DNA from: Prochlorococcus marinus str. NATL2A
GTDB taxonomy: Bacteria; Cyanobacteriota; Cyanobacteriia; PCC-6307; Cyanobiaceae
NCBI RefSeq assembly: GCF_000012465.1
Contig: NC_007335.2
Span: 1,290,001 to 1,322,000 of the forward strand
Length of the DNA stretch: 32,000 nucleotides
Reading direction: 5' to 3'
Part shown: piece by piece, positions 16,571-26,653 of the stretch
Position numbering within the stretch: the first letter of the stretch is position 1
Layout of the letters: every line of letters begins with the position of its first letter
Translations under genes and position numbers: made by a program
The notes under the pieces: generated by a model
Database searches by the model: none
Seen by the model: the letters and a program-made list of their open reading frames with translations, nothing else
What the model was told of the DNA's origin: nothing

Positions 16571-17719
16571 GTGATCGGGTACATCTCTGACAATCTACTT
16601 ATCCCGATCCTAGATTTTTTCTACGGATTAGTTCCAAGCTATGGACTAGCGATTGTCGCATTAACTATAGTTATCCGCCTAGCACTTTTTCCTCTTAGCG
16701 CTGGCTCCATTAGAAGTGCAAGAAGGATGAAGATAGCTCAACCTGTCATGCAAAAAAGACAAGCTGAGATAAAAAGCCGCTATGCAAGCAATCCTCAAAA
16801 GCAACAAGAAGAATTAGGCAAATTAATGGGTGAATTTGGAAGTCCCTTAGCTGGTTGCCTTCCTCTGATTGTTCAAATGCCAATATTATTCGCATTATTC
16901 GCAACTCTAAGAGGATCACCTTTTGCTGATGTACCTTATCTTGTCAATATCAAAGTTCTTCCATCAGACCAAATAGCCGCTGTAGAGCCCAAACCTTTCA
17001 AGAGCGCAAAACACTCCATATTCATAACTGAAAAGAATCATTTCCCTGTTATCGCAGCTCTTCCGGGAGGTACAAAAATCGGTTCAGGTGATTCAGTTAA
17101 AATCAATCTGCAAACCGTGAATGGAGATTCATATGTAAACGAATTGCAGAAATATGAAAATGGATCGAAATTTTCTCCTTCTTGGAAAGTCACGAAAGGG
17201 GAAGACATCGTAAAAGTCTCTTCTGATGGGACTGTGAATGCACTTAATCCTGGAGATGCCACCGTAGAAGCGAAGATCCCTGGTTTAGCAGCGAAAAGCG
17301 GATTCTTGTTTATAAAAGCATTAGGAAATGTTGGTTTTTATGTAGATGGCTCAATTCATTGGGATATTGCAATTTTAGTAGCAGGTTTTGGTTTAACACT
17401 CGTTATTTCTCAAGTGCTCTCTGGAAGAGGAATGCCTGTAAATAAACAACAATCCACAGCGAATAAAATCACACCGGTAATGATTACTGGAATGTTTTTA
17501 TTCTTCCCTTTGCCTGCTGGTGTTTTGCTTTATATGGTCATTGCAAATATTTTTCAAGGGTTACAAACATTTCTCCTTAGCAGAGAATCCCTACCAGATA
17601 ATTTGCAAAAAATACTTGATGATCAACTAAACCAGCAAGATAAATCAACTGTTTCTATTGCTTCAGAAGTAATTTCTGATTCCGATAGATTACCCTTTGA
17701 ACCAAAAAGTAATAAATAA
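16571..17719 (+). CDS. yidC: membrane protein insertase YidC/Oxa1/Alb3 family
   Basis: 382 aa with a GTG start. Coiled C1 region ([18 protein letters not shown]), the [19 protein letters not shown] helix and the C-terminal helices [19 protein letters not shown]. Confidence 0.9.
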   Translation: MIGYISDNLLIPILDFFYGLVPSYGLAIVALTIVIRLALFPLSAGSIRSARRMKIAQPVMQKRQAEIKSRYASNPQKQQEELGKLMGEFGSPLAGCLPLIVQMPILFALFATLRGSPFADVPYLVNIKVLPSDQIAAVEPKPFKSAKHSIFITEKNHFPVIAALPGGTKIGSGDSVKINLQTVNGDSYVNELQKYENGSKFSPSWKVTKGEDIVKVSSDGTVNALNPGDATVEAKIPGLAAKSGFLFIKALGNVGFYVDGSIHWDIAILVAGFGLTLVISQVLSGRGMPVNKQQSTANKITPVMITGMFLFFPLPAGVLLYMVIANIFQGLQTFLLSRESLPDNLQKILDDQLNQQDKSTVSIASEVISDSDRLPFEPKSNK

Positions 17720-17776
17720 TTTTAAAAGCAACTTATTATATAAATTCACCCTCATAGAGAATCAAATCAATAACTG

Positions 17777-19255
17777 ATGTCTAATTGGGAGGAACAACTT
17801 GATCTACTAATTCGAGCTAGAACTCCAATTATTTGGATAAGGAGTAACGAAGAAGAAAGAGTTGAAACTCTTTTACAAAATTCTACTAAAAGGCTTTCTC
17901 CAAGAAGACTTGCAACTTGGGATTACATTGATGGAATCAGTAATGTTCTTAATTCCAATAATCTTGGGTCAAGGCAGCCAATGGCCGTCCTTGAATGGCT
18001 TAAAAAACTGGATGAAAGTTCTCCTACTATCCTTTTGCTTAAGGATTTTCACCATTTTTGCGAAGATCCAGGCATTCTAAGAATGCTAAAAAATCTAACT
18101 ATTAATCTTCGTTCCAAGCCTCATTCAATAGTTATAAGTTCTGGATTATGGAGCCCCTCAAATGATTTAGAAGAAGATCTAACGATTCTTGATCTTCCAC
18201 TACCCAAGGAAAATGAAATCAAGACCCTTTTATCAAATATTGCTCAAGCTAGTAATTCTCAATTAGACGAAAACGTTCTTAAGGAACTTACAAATGCATG
18301 TGGTGGTCTAAGTGAATCAAGGATCCGTAAAGTAGCCGCTAGGGCTCTTGCGCAAAGAGGTCAAATTGGTAAAAAAGATTTAATAGAAGTACTGGAGGAA
18401 AAACGCCAATCTATTGCGCGTAGTGAAGTACTGGAATATTGCAAAACAAATAAGTCGCCAAATGACGTTGGTGGTTTACAAATATTGAAAGATTGGTTGA
18501 AGCAAAGGAAACAAGCCTTCTCCGAAGAAGCAAAAGATTTTGGATTACCTTTACCTAAAGGTGTTTTATTAGTTGGCCCTCAAGGGACAGGAAAAACTCT
18601 AGTAGCGAAAGCAATAGCGAATAGCTGGTCTATGCCCTTGTTAAGACTTGATGTAGGCAGATTATTTGCTGGATTAGTTGGAGCCAGTGAAGCACGGACA
18701 AGGGAGACCATTCAGCGAGCCGAAGCTATGGCACCTTGCATTTTATGGATTGACGAAATTGACAAAGCTTTTGGCGGAGATGGGAGGAGTGACGGAGGAA
18801 CCAGTCAAAGAGTGCTTGCAAATATTCTTACGTGGATGTCAGAAAAAACTTCTTCTGTCTTTCTTGTAGCCACTGCAAATGGAATAGATAAACTTCCTCC
18901 TGAACTACTTAGGAAAGGAAGATTTGATGAAATTTTCATGCTGGAATTACCCTCCAGGAATGAAAGACATAGCATTCTTGAACTTCATCTTCAAAAACGA
19001 AGACCTAATTTAAAAATTGATTTAAATGCTGCTTTGGATAGAACAGAGGGATTCTCTGGTGCTGAATTAGAACAATCCGTTATCGAGGCAATGTACTTTG
19101 CATTTGCAGAGAAAAGAGAGCTTGTTGAAGGTGATTTAATTCTCGCTACAAGTCAACTAGTTCCTCTTTCAAGAACTGCAAGAGAACAACTTGAATCTTT
19201 AAGAGAATGGGCTTCTAGCGGAAGAGCAAGAGCTTCATCTCCAAAACTTTTTTAG
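17777..19255 (+). CDS. AAA+ ATPase, cyanobacterial Ycf46-like
   Basis: 492 aa. Walker A GPQGTGKT, Walker B ILWIDEID and second region of homology ATANGIDKLPPELLRKGRFD. The N-terminal approximately 230 aa is a non-AAA domain. The Ycf46 assignment rests on architecture and size only. Confidence 0.8.
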   Translation: MSNWEEQLDLLIRARTPIIWIRSNEEERVETLLQNSTKRLSPRRLATWDYIDGISNVLNSNNLGSRQPMAVLEWLKKLDESSPTILLLKDFHHFCEDPGILRMLKNLTINLRSKPHSIVISSGLWSPSNDLEEDLTILDLPLPKENEIKTLLSNIAQASNSQLDENVLKELTNACGGLSESRIRKVAARALAQRGQIGKKDLIEVLEEKRQSIARSEVLEYCKTNKSPNDVGGLQILKDWLKQRKQAFSEEAKDFGLPLPKGVLLVGPQGTGKTLVAKAIANSWSMPLLRLDVGRLFAGLVGASEARTRETIQRAEAMAPCILWIDEIDKAFGGDGRSDGGTSQRVLANILTWMSEKTSSVFLVATANGIDKLPPELLRKGRFDEIFMLELPSRNERHSILELHLQKRRPNLKIDLNAALDRTEGFSGAELEQSVIEAMYFAFAEKRELVEGDLILATSQLVPLSRTAREQLESLREWASSGRARASSPKLF

Positions 19256-19377
19256 AATTTTCTTGTTGTTTTTATTCTAATTAATCTAAAAAAGTCCTTG
19301 ATTTGAAAGAATCTAACAAGTGTGATTAATTTAGGAGCAATTAACGATTAGGCTGAAACTACTTCCTCATTTAGATA

Positions 19378-20658
19378 GTGATAGATCAGAGACTTCTAAG
19401 AGAAAATCCTAATTTAATTTCGGAAGGGCTTAAATCAAGAGGAATGGATGTTGACTTAGGACCTCTACAAAAATTCTGCAAAGATCTTAAAGAGCTAGAA
19501 GAAAAGAGAAATTCTCTACAAGCACAGGGGAATTCAATTGGGAAAGAGGTTGGACAAAAAATAAAACAAGGTCTTCCTCATGATTCTGAGGAGATTTCAA
19601 ATCTTCGTGTTAAGGGCAATCAAATCAAAAAACAAGTTGGAATAATTGAAGAGGAAGAGAAATCAATTTCAAATAAATTAAATGAACAAATCCTTTGCTT
19701 ACCGAATCTTCCAGAGAAGAATTCTCTGGAAGGGAAAAACGAAAAAGATAATAAGGAACTAAGAAGATGGGGAGAACCTATTTCGGGAAATACTTTAAAA
19801 GAGCATTGGGAAATTGCTAATCAATTAAACCTCTGGGATAGTGAGAGATCTTCTGTAATAGCAAAAAGTCGATTTGTAACCCTTTTTAAGCACGCTGCAA
19901 AACTTGAGAGATCACTTATAAATTTCATGCTTGATTTACATATTAAAAAAGGATATTTAGAAGTTCTTCCTCCAGCTCTTGTTAACACAGCCAGTCTTAC
20001 TGGTTCTGGACAGTTACCAAAATTTGCAGAAGAAAGTTTTCGGTGTGCTGATGATGATTTATGGCTGACACCTACTGCTGAAGTTCCAATAACATCTCTC
20101 CATCGTGGAGAGATCATCCCTAGAGATTTGCTGCCATTAAGGTACGTTGCTTATAGCCCTTGTTTCAGAAGAGAAGCGGGAAGTTACGGAAGGGATACGA
20201 GAGGTCTGATCAGACTTCATCAATTCAATAAAGTTGAACTTTATTGGTTTTCTACTCCAGAAAGATCTGAAGATGCTCTAGAACAAATCACATCTGATGC
20301 AGAGTCTGTGTTGCAAGAACTTGAACTACCTTATCGAGTAATTCAACTTTGCACAGGCGACTTAGGTTTCTCAGCAAAAAAAACTTATGATTTGGAGGTT
20401 TGGCTTCCAGGTGCTAACACTTTTAGAGAAATATCTAGTTGCAGTAATTGTGGAGATTTTCAAGCTAGACGTTCATCAATACGAACAAAAGATAACAATA
20501 AAAAAAATATACTTTTGCATACATTAAATGGAAGTGGATTGGCTATTGGTCGCACTATGGCTGCGATTTTGGAAAATGGTCAACAAAGTGATGGAAGTAT
20601 CAATTTGCCAAAAGCCTTAATACCTTACTTCGGTTCAAACAAATTAAAGCCAGAATAA
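19378..20658 (+). CDS. serS: seryl-tRNA synthetase
   Basis: 426 aa with a GTG start. N-terminal coiled coil. Class II motifs FRREAGSYGRDTRGLIRLHQFNKVE and GSGLAIGRT. Confidence 0.95.
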   Translation: MIDQRLLRENPNLISEGLKSRGMDVDLGPLQKFCKDLKELEEKRNSLQAQGNSIGKEVGQKIKQGLPHDSEEISNLRVKGNQIKKQVGIIEEEEKSISNKLNEQILCLPNLPEKNSLEGKNEKDNKELRRWGEPISGNTLKEHWEIANQLNLWDSERSSVIAKSRFVTLFKHAAKLERSLINFMLDLHIKKGYLEVLPPALVNTASLTGSGQLPKFAEESFRCADDDLWLTPTAEVPITSLHRGEIIPRDLLPLRYVAYSPCFRREAGSYGRDTRGLIRLHQFNKVELYWFSTPERSEDALEQITSDAESVLQELELPYRVIQLCTGDLGFSAKKTYDLEVWLPGANTFREISSCSNCGDFQARRSSIRTKDNNKKNILLHTLNGSGLAIGRTMAAILENGQQSDGSINLPKALIPYFGSNKLKPE

Positions 20659-20677
20659 CCCAATCAAAATCTAATTA

Positions 20678-21763
20678 ATGAACGTTCTCTTATCTATAGC
20701 TGTACTTGGCCTTCTGATTTTTTTTCATGAATCTGGTCATTTTTTAGCAGCAGTACTTCAAAAAATTAAAGTCAGTGGATTTTCAATTGGTTTCGGACCA
20801 GCTCTTTTGAAAAAGGAAATAAATGGTATTACTTATTCACTTAGATCGCTTCCTTTAGGTGGATTCGTTTCCTTTCCTGATGAAGAAACTGATTCACTAG
20901 TTCAACCTAATGACCCAGATCTTTTAAAGAATAGACCAATTCACCAAAGAGCAATAGTTATTTCAGCGGGTGTCATAGCAAATTTATTACTTGCATGGAT
21001 TGTACTTATTGGTCAAGCAAGCTTTGTAGGAATTCCTAATCAACCTGAGCCAGGAGTAATAATCATGGGAATCCAACCAGATGAGCCTGCATTTAATTCT
21101 GGATTAGTGGCTGGAGATCGAATAATGAGCGTAAACGGGAAAGAATTAGGAAGCGGTAAGGAGGGGATTATGAATTTAGTCAATATCATTCAAAATTCAT
21201 CGGGGGAAGAATTACTTTTTGAAAGAGTTAATGAAGGAGCAAACGATACAGTTTCTATAATTCCAGCTGAAAACGAAGGGAATGGGAGGATAGGAGCTCA
21301 ATTGCAACCAAATCTTCCTAATGAAGTATCGAAAGCAAAAAATATTGGAGAAATATTTAATAGCTCGAATTCACAATTTTATGAATTACTAAGTCGAACA
21401 GTTATTGGCTATAAAAGCTTGATTACTAATTTCTCTTCAACGGCTCAGCAGTTAAGTGGTCCAGTCAAAATTGTTGAAATTGGAGCTCAGCTCTCAGAGC
21501 AAGGGGGCTCAGGTCTTGTACTCTTTTCTGCTTTGGTTTCAATTAACCTTGCAGTTCTTAACTCGTTACCGTTGCCACTGCTAGATGGAGGACAACTTGT
21601 ACTTCTAATTCTAGAAAGTATCAGAGGGAAGCCTGTTCCTGAAAAAATTCAATTAGCTTTTATGCAATCAGGATTTGTTTTACTTGTAGGACTAAGTGTT
21701 GTTTTGATAATCCGAGATACTACTCAGCTAGCATTAGTTCAACAGTTTGTTCACAGACAATAA
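20678..21763 (+). CDS. rseP: RIP site-2 metalloprotease, M50 family (RseP-like)
   Basis: 361 aa. HESGHF (HExxH) in TM1, PDZ-like GLVAGDRIMSVNG, and NSLPLPLLDGG in the C-terminal TM region. Confidence 0.9.
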   Translation: MNVLLSIAVLGLLIFFHESGHFLAAVLQKIKVSGFSIGFGPALLKKEINGITYSLRSLPLGGFVSFPDEETDSLVQPNDPDLLKNRPIHQRAIVISAGVIANLLLAWIVLIGQASFVGIPNQPEPGVIIMGIQPDEPAFNSGLVAGDRIMSVNGKELGSGKEGIMNLVNIIQNSSGEELLFERVNEGANDTVSIIPAENEGNGRIGAQLQPNLPNEVSKAKNIGEIFNSSNSQFYELLSRTVIGYKSLITNFSSTAQQLSGPVKIVEIGAQLSEQGGSGLVLFSALVSINLAVLNSLPLPLLDGGQLVLLILESIRGKPVPEKIQLAFMQSGFVLLVGLSVVLIIRDTTQLALVQQFVHRQ

Positions 21764-21882
21764 CTTCAAACTGTTTGTTATTTTGAATTAAAAAATATTT
21801 TGAAAATAAATTTCTAGCAATTTCTTAAAACAATCAGGTAAGGAGTTAAAATGTTTATCAAATGAGCTAGATAAGCCCTTTA

Positions 21883-22185
21883 ATGGCCAAAAAGTCAATG
21901 ATAGCGCGTGATGTAAAGCGCAAGAAACTAGTAGAAAGATACGCAGCTAAGCGTAAATCTCTTATTGAGGCTTTCAAATCAGCCAAGGATCCTATGGAAA
22001 GACTAGAAATCCATAGAAAAATACAAGCTTTGCCTAGAAATTGTGCACCAAATAGAATTAGAAATCGTTGTTGGGCTACAGGAAAGCCAAGAGGAGTTTA
22101 TAGAGATTTTGGACTTTGCAGAAATCAACTTAGATCAAGAGCTCATAACGGAGAATTGCCAGGAGTAGTAAAATCCAGCTGGTAA
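21883..22185 (+). CDS. rpsN: 30S ribosomal protein S14
   Basis: 100 aa. Contains [25 protein letters not shown] and ends in W, a canonical long-form S14. Confidence 0.95.
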   Translation: MAKKSMIARDVKRKKLVERYAAKRKSLIEAFKSAKDPMERLEIHRKIQALPRNCAPNRIRNRCWATGKPRGVYRDFGLCRNQLRSRAHNGELPGVVKSSW

Positions 22186-22216
22186 AAACTAACAATAAAT
22201 TCATTTATACCTAACA

Positions 22217-22249
22217 AGTGGGAAAGATTATATCTCCCACTTTTTTTTT
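22217..22249 (+). terminator. rho-independent terminator of rpsN
   Basis: agtggga (22217-22223) pairs with tcccact (22235-22241) across an 11-nt loop, followed by a T9 run. Confidence 0.75.
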
Positions 22250-22369
22250 AGTTTATAGTTTCAGTAATTGTTGTAAATGTTTTCTCTAGAAAACAAATCT
22301 ATCGAAATTTTTACTCAATTAGTCCCATTAAGTGTAAGAATGTCTGAAGACAAAAAGCTATAAAGGCAC

Positions 22370-24538
22370 GTGCAAGGTCAGACAAAATCCGTTTCTTTCG
22401 ATGGTAGAGAGATAAAGCTCACTACAGGGAGATTTGCTCCACAAGCTGGTGGTTCAGTAATGATTGAGTGTGGGGACACCTCTGTCCTAGTAACAGCAAC
22501 AAAATCATCAGGAAGAGAGGGGGTTGATTTCTTACCCTTAATGTGTGATTACGAAGAAAGGCTATATGCGGCAGGAAGGATTCCAGGGAGTTTCATGCGT
22601 CGTGAAGGGCGTCCTCCTGAGAGAGCAACTTTAATTTCACGACTTATTGATCGTCCAATGAGACCTCTTTTCCCAGGTTGGATGAGAGACGATATCCAAA
22701 TAGTTGCTACATGCCTCTCCTTAGACGAGAGAGTTCCAGCGGATGTTTTGGCTGTTACTGGAGCTTCAATGGCAACATTAATGGCAGGTATTCCTTTCCA
22801 AGGACCTATGGCTGCTGTTCGCGTTGGGCTCTTGGGTGATGACTTTGTCCTGAATCCTAGTTATCGAGAAATAGAAAGAGGTGATCTAGACCTTGTAGTT
22901 GCTGGAACTCCAGATGGTGTAGTAATGGTTGAAGCAGGAGCCAATCAACTTTCAGAACAAGACGTTATTGAAGCCATTGATTTTGGCTACGAAGCCATAA
23001 CTGAATTAATCAATGCTCAAAAAGAAGTTTTAAAAGAATCTGGAATCAAGCAAGAGATGCCTAAAGCCCCTGAGATTGATGACACTATATCAACCTATTT
23101 AGATAAAAACTGCACAAAATCAATTAGTGAAGTTCTAAAGAACTTTGATCAAACAAAGGAAGAGAGAGACAATAAAATCGAAGAAATAAAGATAAGTATT
23201 TCTGCAAAAATAGATGGACTAAAAGATGATAATGCTGTAAAAAAATCTCTTTCTTTAAATAACAAGCTCCTAGAAAATAGTTATAAAGCTTTAACTAAAA
23301 AGTTAATGAGAGAGCAGATAATCAAAGAAGGTAAAAGAGTCGATGGAAGAGAATTAAATGAAGTAAGAGCTATTGATGCTGATGCTGCAGTTTTACCTAA
23401 TAGAGTTCATGGATCAGCGTTATTCCAAAGAGGTTTAACTCAAGTCCTCTCCACTGCAACATTGGGCACTCCAAGCGATGCTCAGGAAATGGACGATTTA
23501 AACCCTAATACTGATAAAACCTACATACATCATTACAACTTCCCACCTTACTCAGTGGGAGAGACTCGACCAATGCGAACTCCTGGAAGAAGAGAAGTTG
23601 GTCATGGAGCTTTAGCAGAAAGGGCGTTAATACCTGTACTACCAGCAAAAGATACTTTCCCATATGTTTTAAGAGTTGTTAGCGAAGTCTTGAGTTCAAA
23701 CGGCTCTACTTCTATGGCTTCAGTATGTGGAAGTACTCTTGCACTTATGGATGCAGGAGTCCCATTAAAAGCCCCTGTAGGTGGAGCAGCTATGGGTTTA
23801 ATCAAAGAAGGAAAAGAAGTACGGATATTGACTGATATTCAAGGCATTGAAGACTTTCTTGGAGACATGGATTTCAAAGTTGCAGGGACAGAAAAAGGAA
23901 TTACAGCCTTGCAAATGGATATGAAAATAACTGGACTTCCAATTGAGACAATTGGGGAAGCTATTAATCAAGCACTTCCTGCGAGGACACACATATTAGG
24001 AAAAATGCTAGATGCAATTGAGACACCAAAAGACAACTTATCTCCTCATGCCCCAAGATTGTTAAGCTTTAGAATCGATCCAGAGCTCATAGGAACTGTT
24101 ATTGGCCCTGGAGGAAGAACAATAAAGGGGATCACAGAGAGAACTAACACAAAAATCGATATAGAAGATGGAGGGATTGTCACTATTGCATCTCATGACG
24201 GAGCAGCTGCAGAAGAAGCGCAGAGGATTATTGAAGGTTTAACGAGAAAAGTACATGAGGGAGAAATTTTCCCTGGCTCTATCACAAGAATCATTCCAAT
24301 TGGCGCCTTTGTTGAAATCCTTCCTGGTAAAGAAGGAATGATACATATTTCTCAATTATCCGAAGCAAGAGTTGAAAAAGTTGAAGATGTTGTAAAAGTT
24401 GGAGACCAAGTGACTGTAAGGGTAAGAGAAATAGATAATCGTGGGCGCATTAATTTAACTTTGAGAGGAGTCTCTCAAAATGGTGGAATGAGCAATTACC
24501 CTGAGCCAACTCCTACTCCTGTTGCCCCTCTTACTTAA
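22370..24538 (+). CDS. pnp: polyribonucleotide nucleotidyltransferase (PNPase)
   Basis: 722 aa with a GTG start. Two RNase PH-like halves, a KH GxxG motif ([10 protein letters not shown]) and an S1 domain ([28 protein letters not shown]). Confidence 0.95.
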   Translation: MQGQTKSVSFDGREIKLTTGRFAPQAGGSVMIECGDTSVLVTATKSSGREGVDFLPLMCDYEERLYAAGRIPGSFMRREGRPPERATLISRLIDRPMRPLFPGWMRDDIQIVATCLSLDERVPADVLAVTGASMATLMAGIPFQGPMAAVRVGLLGDDFVLNPSYREIERGDLDLVVAGTPDGVVMVEAGANQLSEQDVIEAIDFGYEAITELINAQKEVLKESGIKQEMPKAPEIDDTISTYLDKNCTKSISEVLKNFDQTKEERDNKIEEIKISISAKIDGLKDDNAVKKSLSLNNKLLENSYKALTKKLMREQIIKEGKRVDGRELNEVRAIDADAAVLPNRVHGSALFQRGLTQVLSTATLGTPSDAQEMDDLNPNTDKTYIHHYNFPPYSVGETRPMRTPGRREVGHGALAERALIPVLPAKDTFPYVLRVVSEVLSSNGSTSMASVCGSTLALMDAGVPLKAPVGGAAMGLIKEGKEVRILTDIQGIEDFLGDMDFKVAGTEKGITALQMDMKITGLPIETIGEAINQALPARTHILGKMLDAIETPKDNLSPHAPRLLSFRIDPELIGTVIGPGGRTIKGITERTNTKIDIEDGGIVTIASHDGAAAEEAQRIIEGLTRKVHEGEIFPGSITRIIPIGAFVEILPGKEGMIHISQLSEARVEKVEDVVKVGDQVTVRVREIDNRGRINLTLRGVSQNGGMSNYPEPTPTPVAPLT

Positions 24539-24541
24539 AAA

Positions 24542-25456
24542 TTAGACGAAGTATTTAGGTTCTTCCAGAGAGAAAAAATCCATAGCTTTTTGGCAAATCT
24601 TTTGATGAGATTTTCCATGGCTTGCAATTAAACAACCAGATTGAGAATAGTTTTTTTCTTGGTAAACTAAATTTTTTCCATCTGCATGAGAGAACATACC
24701 ACCAGCCGCCTCAATAAGAGCATGTGGAGCAGCCATATCCCAATCCTTGGGTGAAGTTTTTCCAGATAGAGAGATATAAACATCTGCTTCTCCCCTCAAG
24801 ATTGAAGCAACTTTACAACCGACACTGCCTATTTTTTTTGTCTCACCAAAGCACAGAGTTGACAGAAGGTTATTAAGTTTTGATTGTTGATGATTTTTAC
24901 TTGAAACTAGTATCAATTTCGAAATATCCAATCTATCACTAAAAGAAAAGTGGTTTTTAGAGCCATCACGATCTTCAAACCATGCACCAATCCCAACAAT
25001 TCCAAACCATAATTCATTCTTTTCAGGTATCAAAACTATCCCGATTTTTGGCTTTTTTTTGTACGCCAAAGCAATATGAACTGCATAGTTTTCAGATCCT
25101 TGAAGAAAATCCTTTGTCCCATCTAATGGATCAAGAATCCAACACCAATCTTTTTTATAATTATCTTGCTGAAAAGTTTTCTCCTTAGAAGTTTCTTCGC
25201 TTAAAATATCCCATTCTTTGAAAGCGAGATTATCCTTCAATCCAGAGATCAATAATTCATTCACTGCCATGTCAGCTGCAGATACTGGGCCATCCCCGCC
25301 TTCCTCTACATTTAATGATTTAGGGAAGCCATATGGAGGTTCACCACCTCTTGCATATGCCATCAAAACATCAGCGGAAGCCCAGCTAAGCTTTCTAAGC
25401 TCATCCAATAAAGTCGGTAATTCGACCTCTTTTGGCACAACAAGATCAATAGACAT
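24542..25456 (-). CDS. cysQ: 3'(2'),5'-bisphosphate nucleotidase / inositol monophosphatase family
   Basis: 304 aa. Motifs WILDPLDGTKDF and WDMAAPHALIEAAGG. Confidence 0.8.
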   Translation of the reverse strand: MSIDLVVPKEVELPTLLDELRKLSWASADVLMAYARGGEPPYGFPKSLNVEEGGDGPVSAADMAVNELLISGLKDNLAFKEWDILSEETSKEKTFQQDNYKKDWCWILDPLDGTKDFLQGSENYAVHIALAYKKKPKIGIVLIPEKNELWFGIVGIGAWFEDRDGSKNHFSFSDRLDISKLILVSSKNHQQSKLNNLLSTLCFGETKKIGSVGCKVASILRGEADVYISLSGKTSPKDWDMAAPHALIEAAGGMFSHADGKNLVYQEKNYSQSGCLIASHGKSHQKICQKAMDFFSLEEPKYFV

Positions 25457-25457
25457 A

Positions 25458-26345
25458 ATGGATTTAATTGATGAAAAGCAACTTCAACAAGAAAGATCAG
25501 AACCTTGTCCAGGGACTCTTTACCTAGTAGGTACGCCAATAGGTAACTTAGGCGATTTATCACCAAGGGCAAAGTCAATACTTAAGAATGTTTCTCGAAT
25601 AGCTTGTGAGGATACACGTAGAAGCGGACAATTATTGAAAATAATAAAATCTGAAGTACCACTACTGAGCTATCACAAACATAATTTCAAAAGTCGTCAA
25701 TCTCAATTATTAGAAATCCTAGAACGTGGTGGGAGTCTTGCCTTAATTAGTGATGCTGGCTTGCCAGGGATCAATGACCCAGGAGAAGAACTTGTTCATG
25801 CTGCAAGATCTAATAGTTATGAAGTGATTTGCATACCTGGGCCTTGTGCAGCAACAACAGCGTTAGTAATAAGTGGATTGCCCTCAGAGAGATTTTGCTT
25901 TGAAGGGTTTCTACCAAAAAAACAAAGCCTTAGGAAGAAACGTTTGGAAGATATTTCTCAAGAACAAAGAACGACTGTAATCTATGAATCACCTCATCAA
26001 TTAATCAAACTTTTAGAGGATTTATCTATTTCATGCGGAAAAGAACGCCCTATTCAAATCGCGAGAGAACTTACAAAAAGATATGAAGAGTCAATAGGTA
26101 AGACAATTGAGGAGGTAACAAAATATTTTATTACAAATAAGCCAAAAGGAGAATTCACAATAGTTTTAGGAGGAAATAATAATAAGCAACAGAATAAAGT
26201 AAGTGAATCAGAAGCCTTAAATAAGCTTAATACATTAATAAATCAAGGAGAAAAATCTAATATTGCAGCGCAAAAAGTCGCAGAAGAAACAGGATATAAA
26301 AAAAAATGGCTTTACTCCAAATTACATAAGAGGCTTGACAAATAA
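25458..26345 (+). CDS. rsmI: 16S rRNA (cytidine1402-2'-O)-methyltransferase
   Basis: From the internal Met: MDLIDEKQL...GTLYLVGTPIGNLGDLSPRA, with SDAGLPGINDPG (tetrapyrrole-methylase fold of RsmI). The track's 25218 start would add 80 aa antisense to cysQ. Confidence 0.9.
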   Translation: MDLIDEKQLQQERSEPCPGTLYLVGTPIGNLGDLSPRAKSILKNVSRIACEDTRRSGQLLKIIKSEVPLLSYHKHNFKSRQSQLLEILERGGSLALISDAGLPGINDPGEELVHAARSNSYEVICIPGPCAATTALVISGLPSERFCFEGFLPKKQSLRKKRLEDISQEQRTTVIYESPHQLIKLLEDLSISCGKERPIQIARELTKRYEESIGKTIEEVTKYFITNKPKGEFTIVLGGNNNKQQNKVSESEALNKLNTLINQGEKSNIAAQKVAEETGYKKKWLYSKLHKRLDK

Positions 26346-26399
26346 ACTTTTTCACTTGATGCTAATTAAAAGATAAATTCTAATTATCAAATTTTCTAA

Positions 26400-26639
26400 A
26401 TGTTTTTTAGATTAAAACTTTTAACTCTAAATATTTCCACCGCAATATTTCTAATTTTATTTCTTTGCCTTGGATCCCAAAATCTAGAAAAAAAATATAG
26501 TTTAGATCTGATTATTAATAAAACGGTAGATCTTCCAATTGGTTTCTTAATGGGTACATCATTTACTTTAGGATTAATTTCTGGAGGCCTAACTTCAGTA
26601 TTAATTATTAAAAATAATCAAACAATTAAACCAAGATAA
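26400..26639 (+). CDS. small two-TM membrane protein (LapA/DUF1049-like; tentative)
   Basis: 79 aa with two hydrophobic helices separated by a short loop. Confidence 0.5.
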   Translation: MFFRLKLLTLNISTAIFLILFLCLGSQNLEKKYSLDLIINKTVDLPIGFLMGTSFTLGLISGGLTSVLIIKNNQTIKPR

Positions 26640-26653
26640 AATTTTAACAATGA

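Noticed and set aside
22274-22289. Inverted repeat gttttctctagaaaac in the pnp leader as a regulatory hairpin
   Set aside because: The stem is only about 6 bp and AT-rich, with a 4-nt loop. I cannot distinguish it from chance in this composition.
25218-25457. 80-codon N-terminal extension of rsmI
   Set aside because: It lies antisense over the 5' part of cysQ. RsmI homologs start shortly before the LY.V.TPIGN motif, and the internal ATG at 25458 fits.
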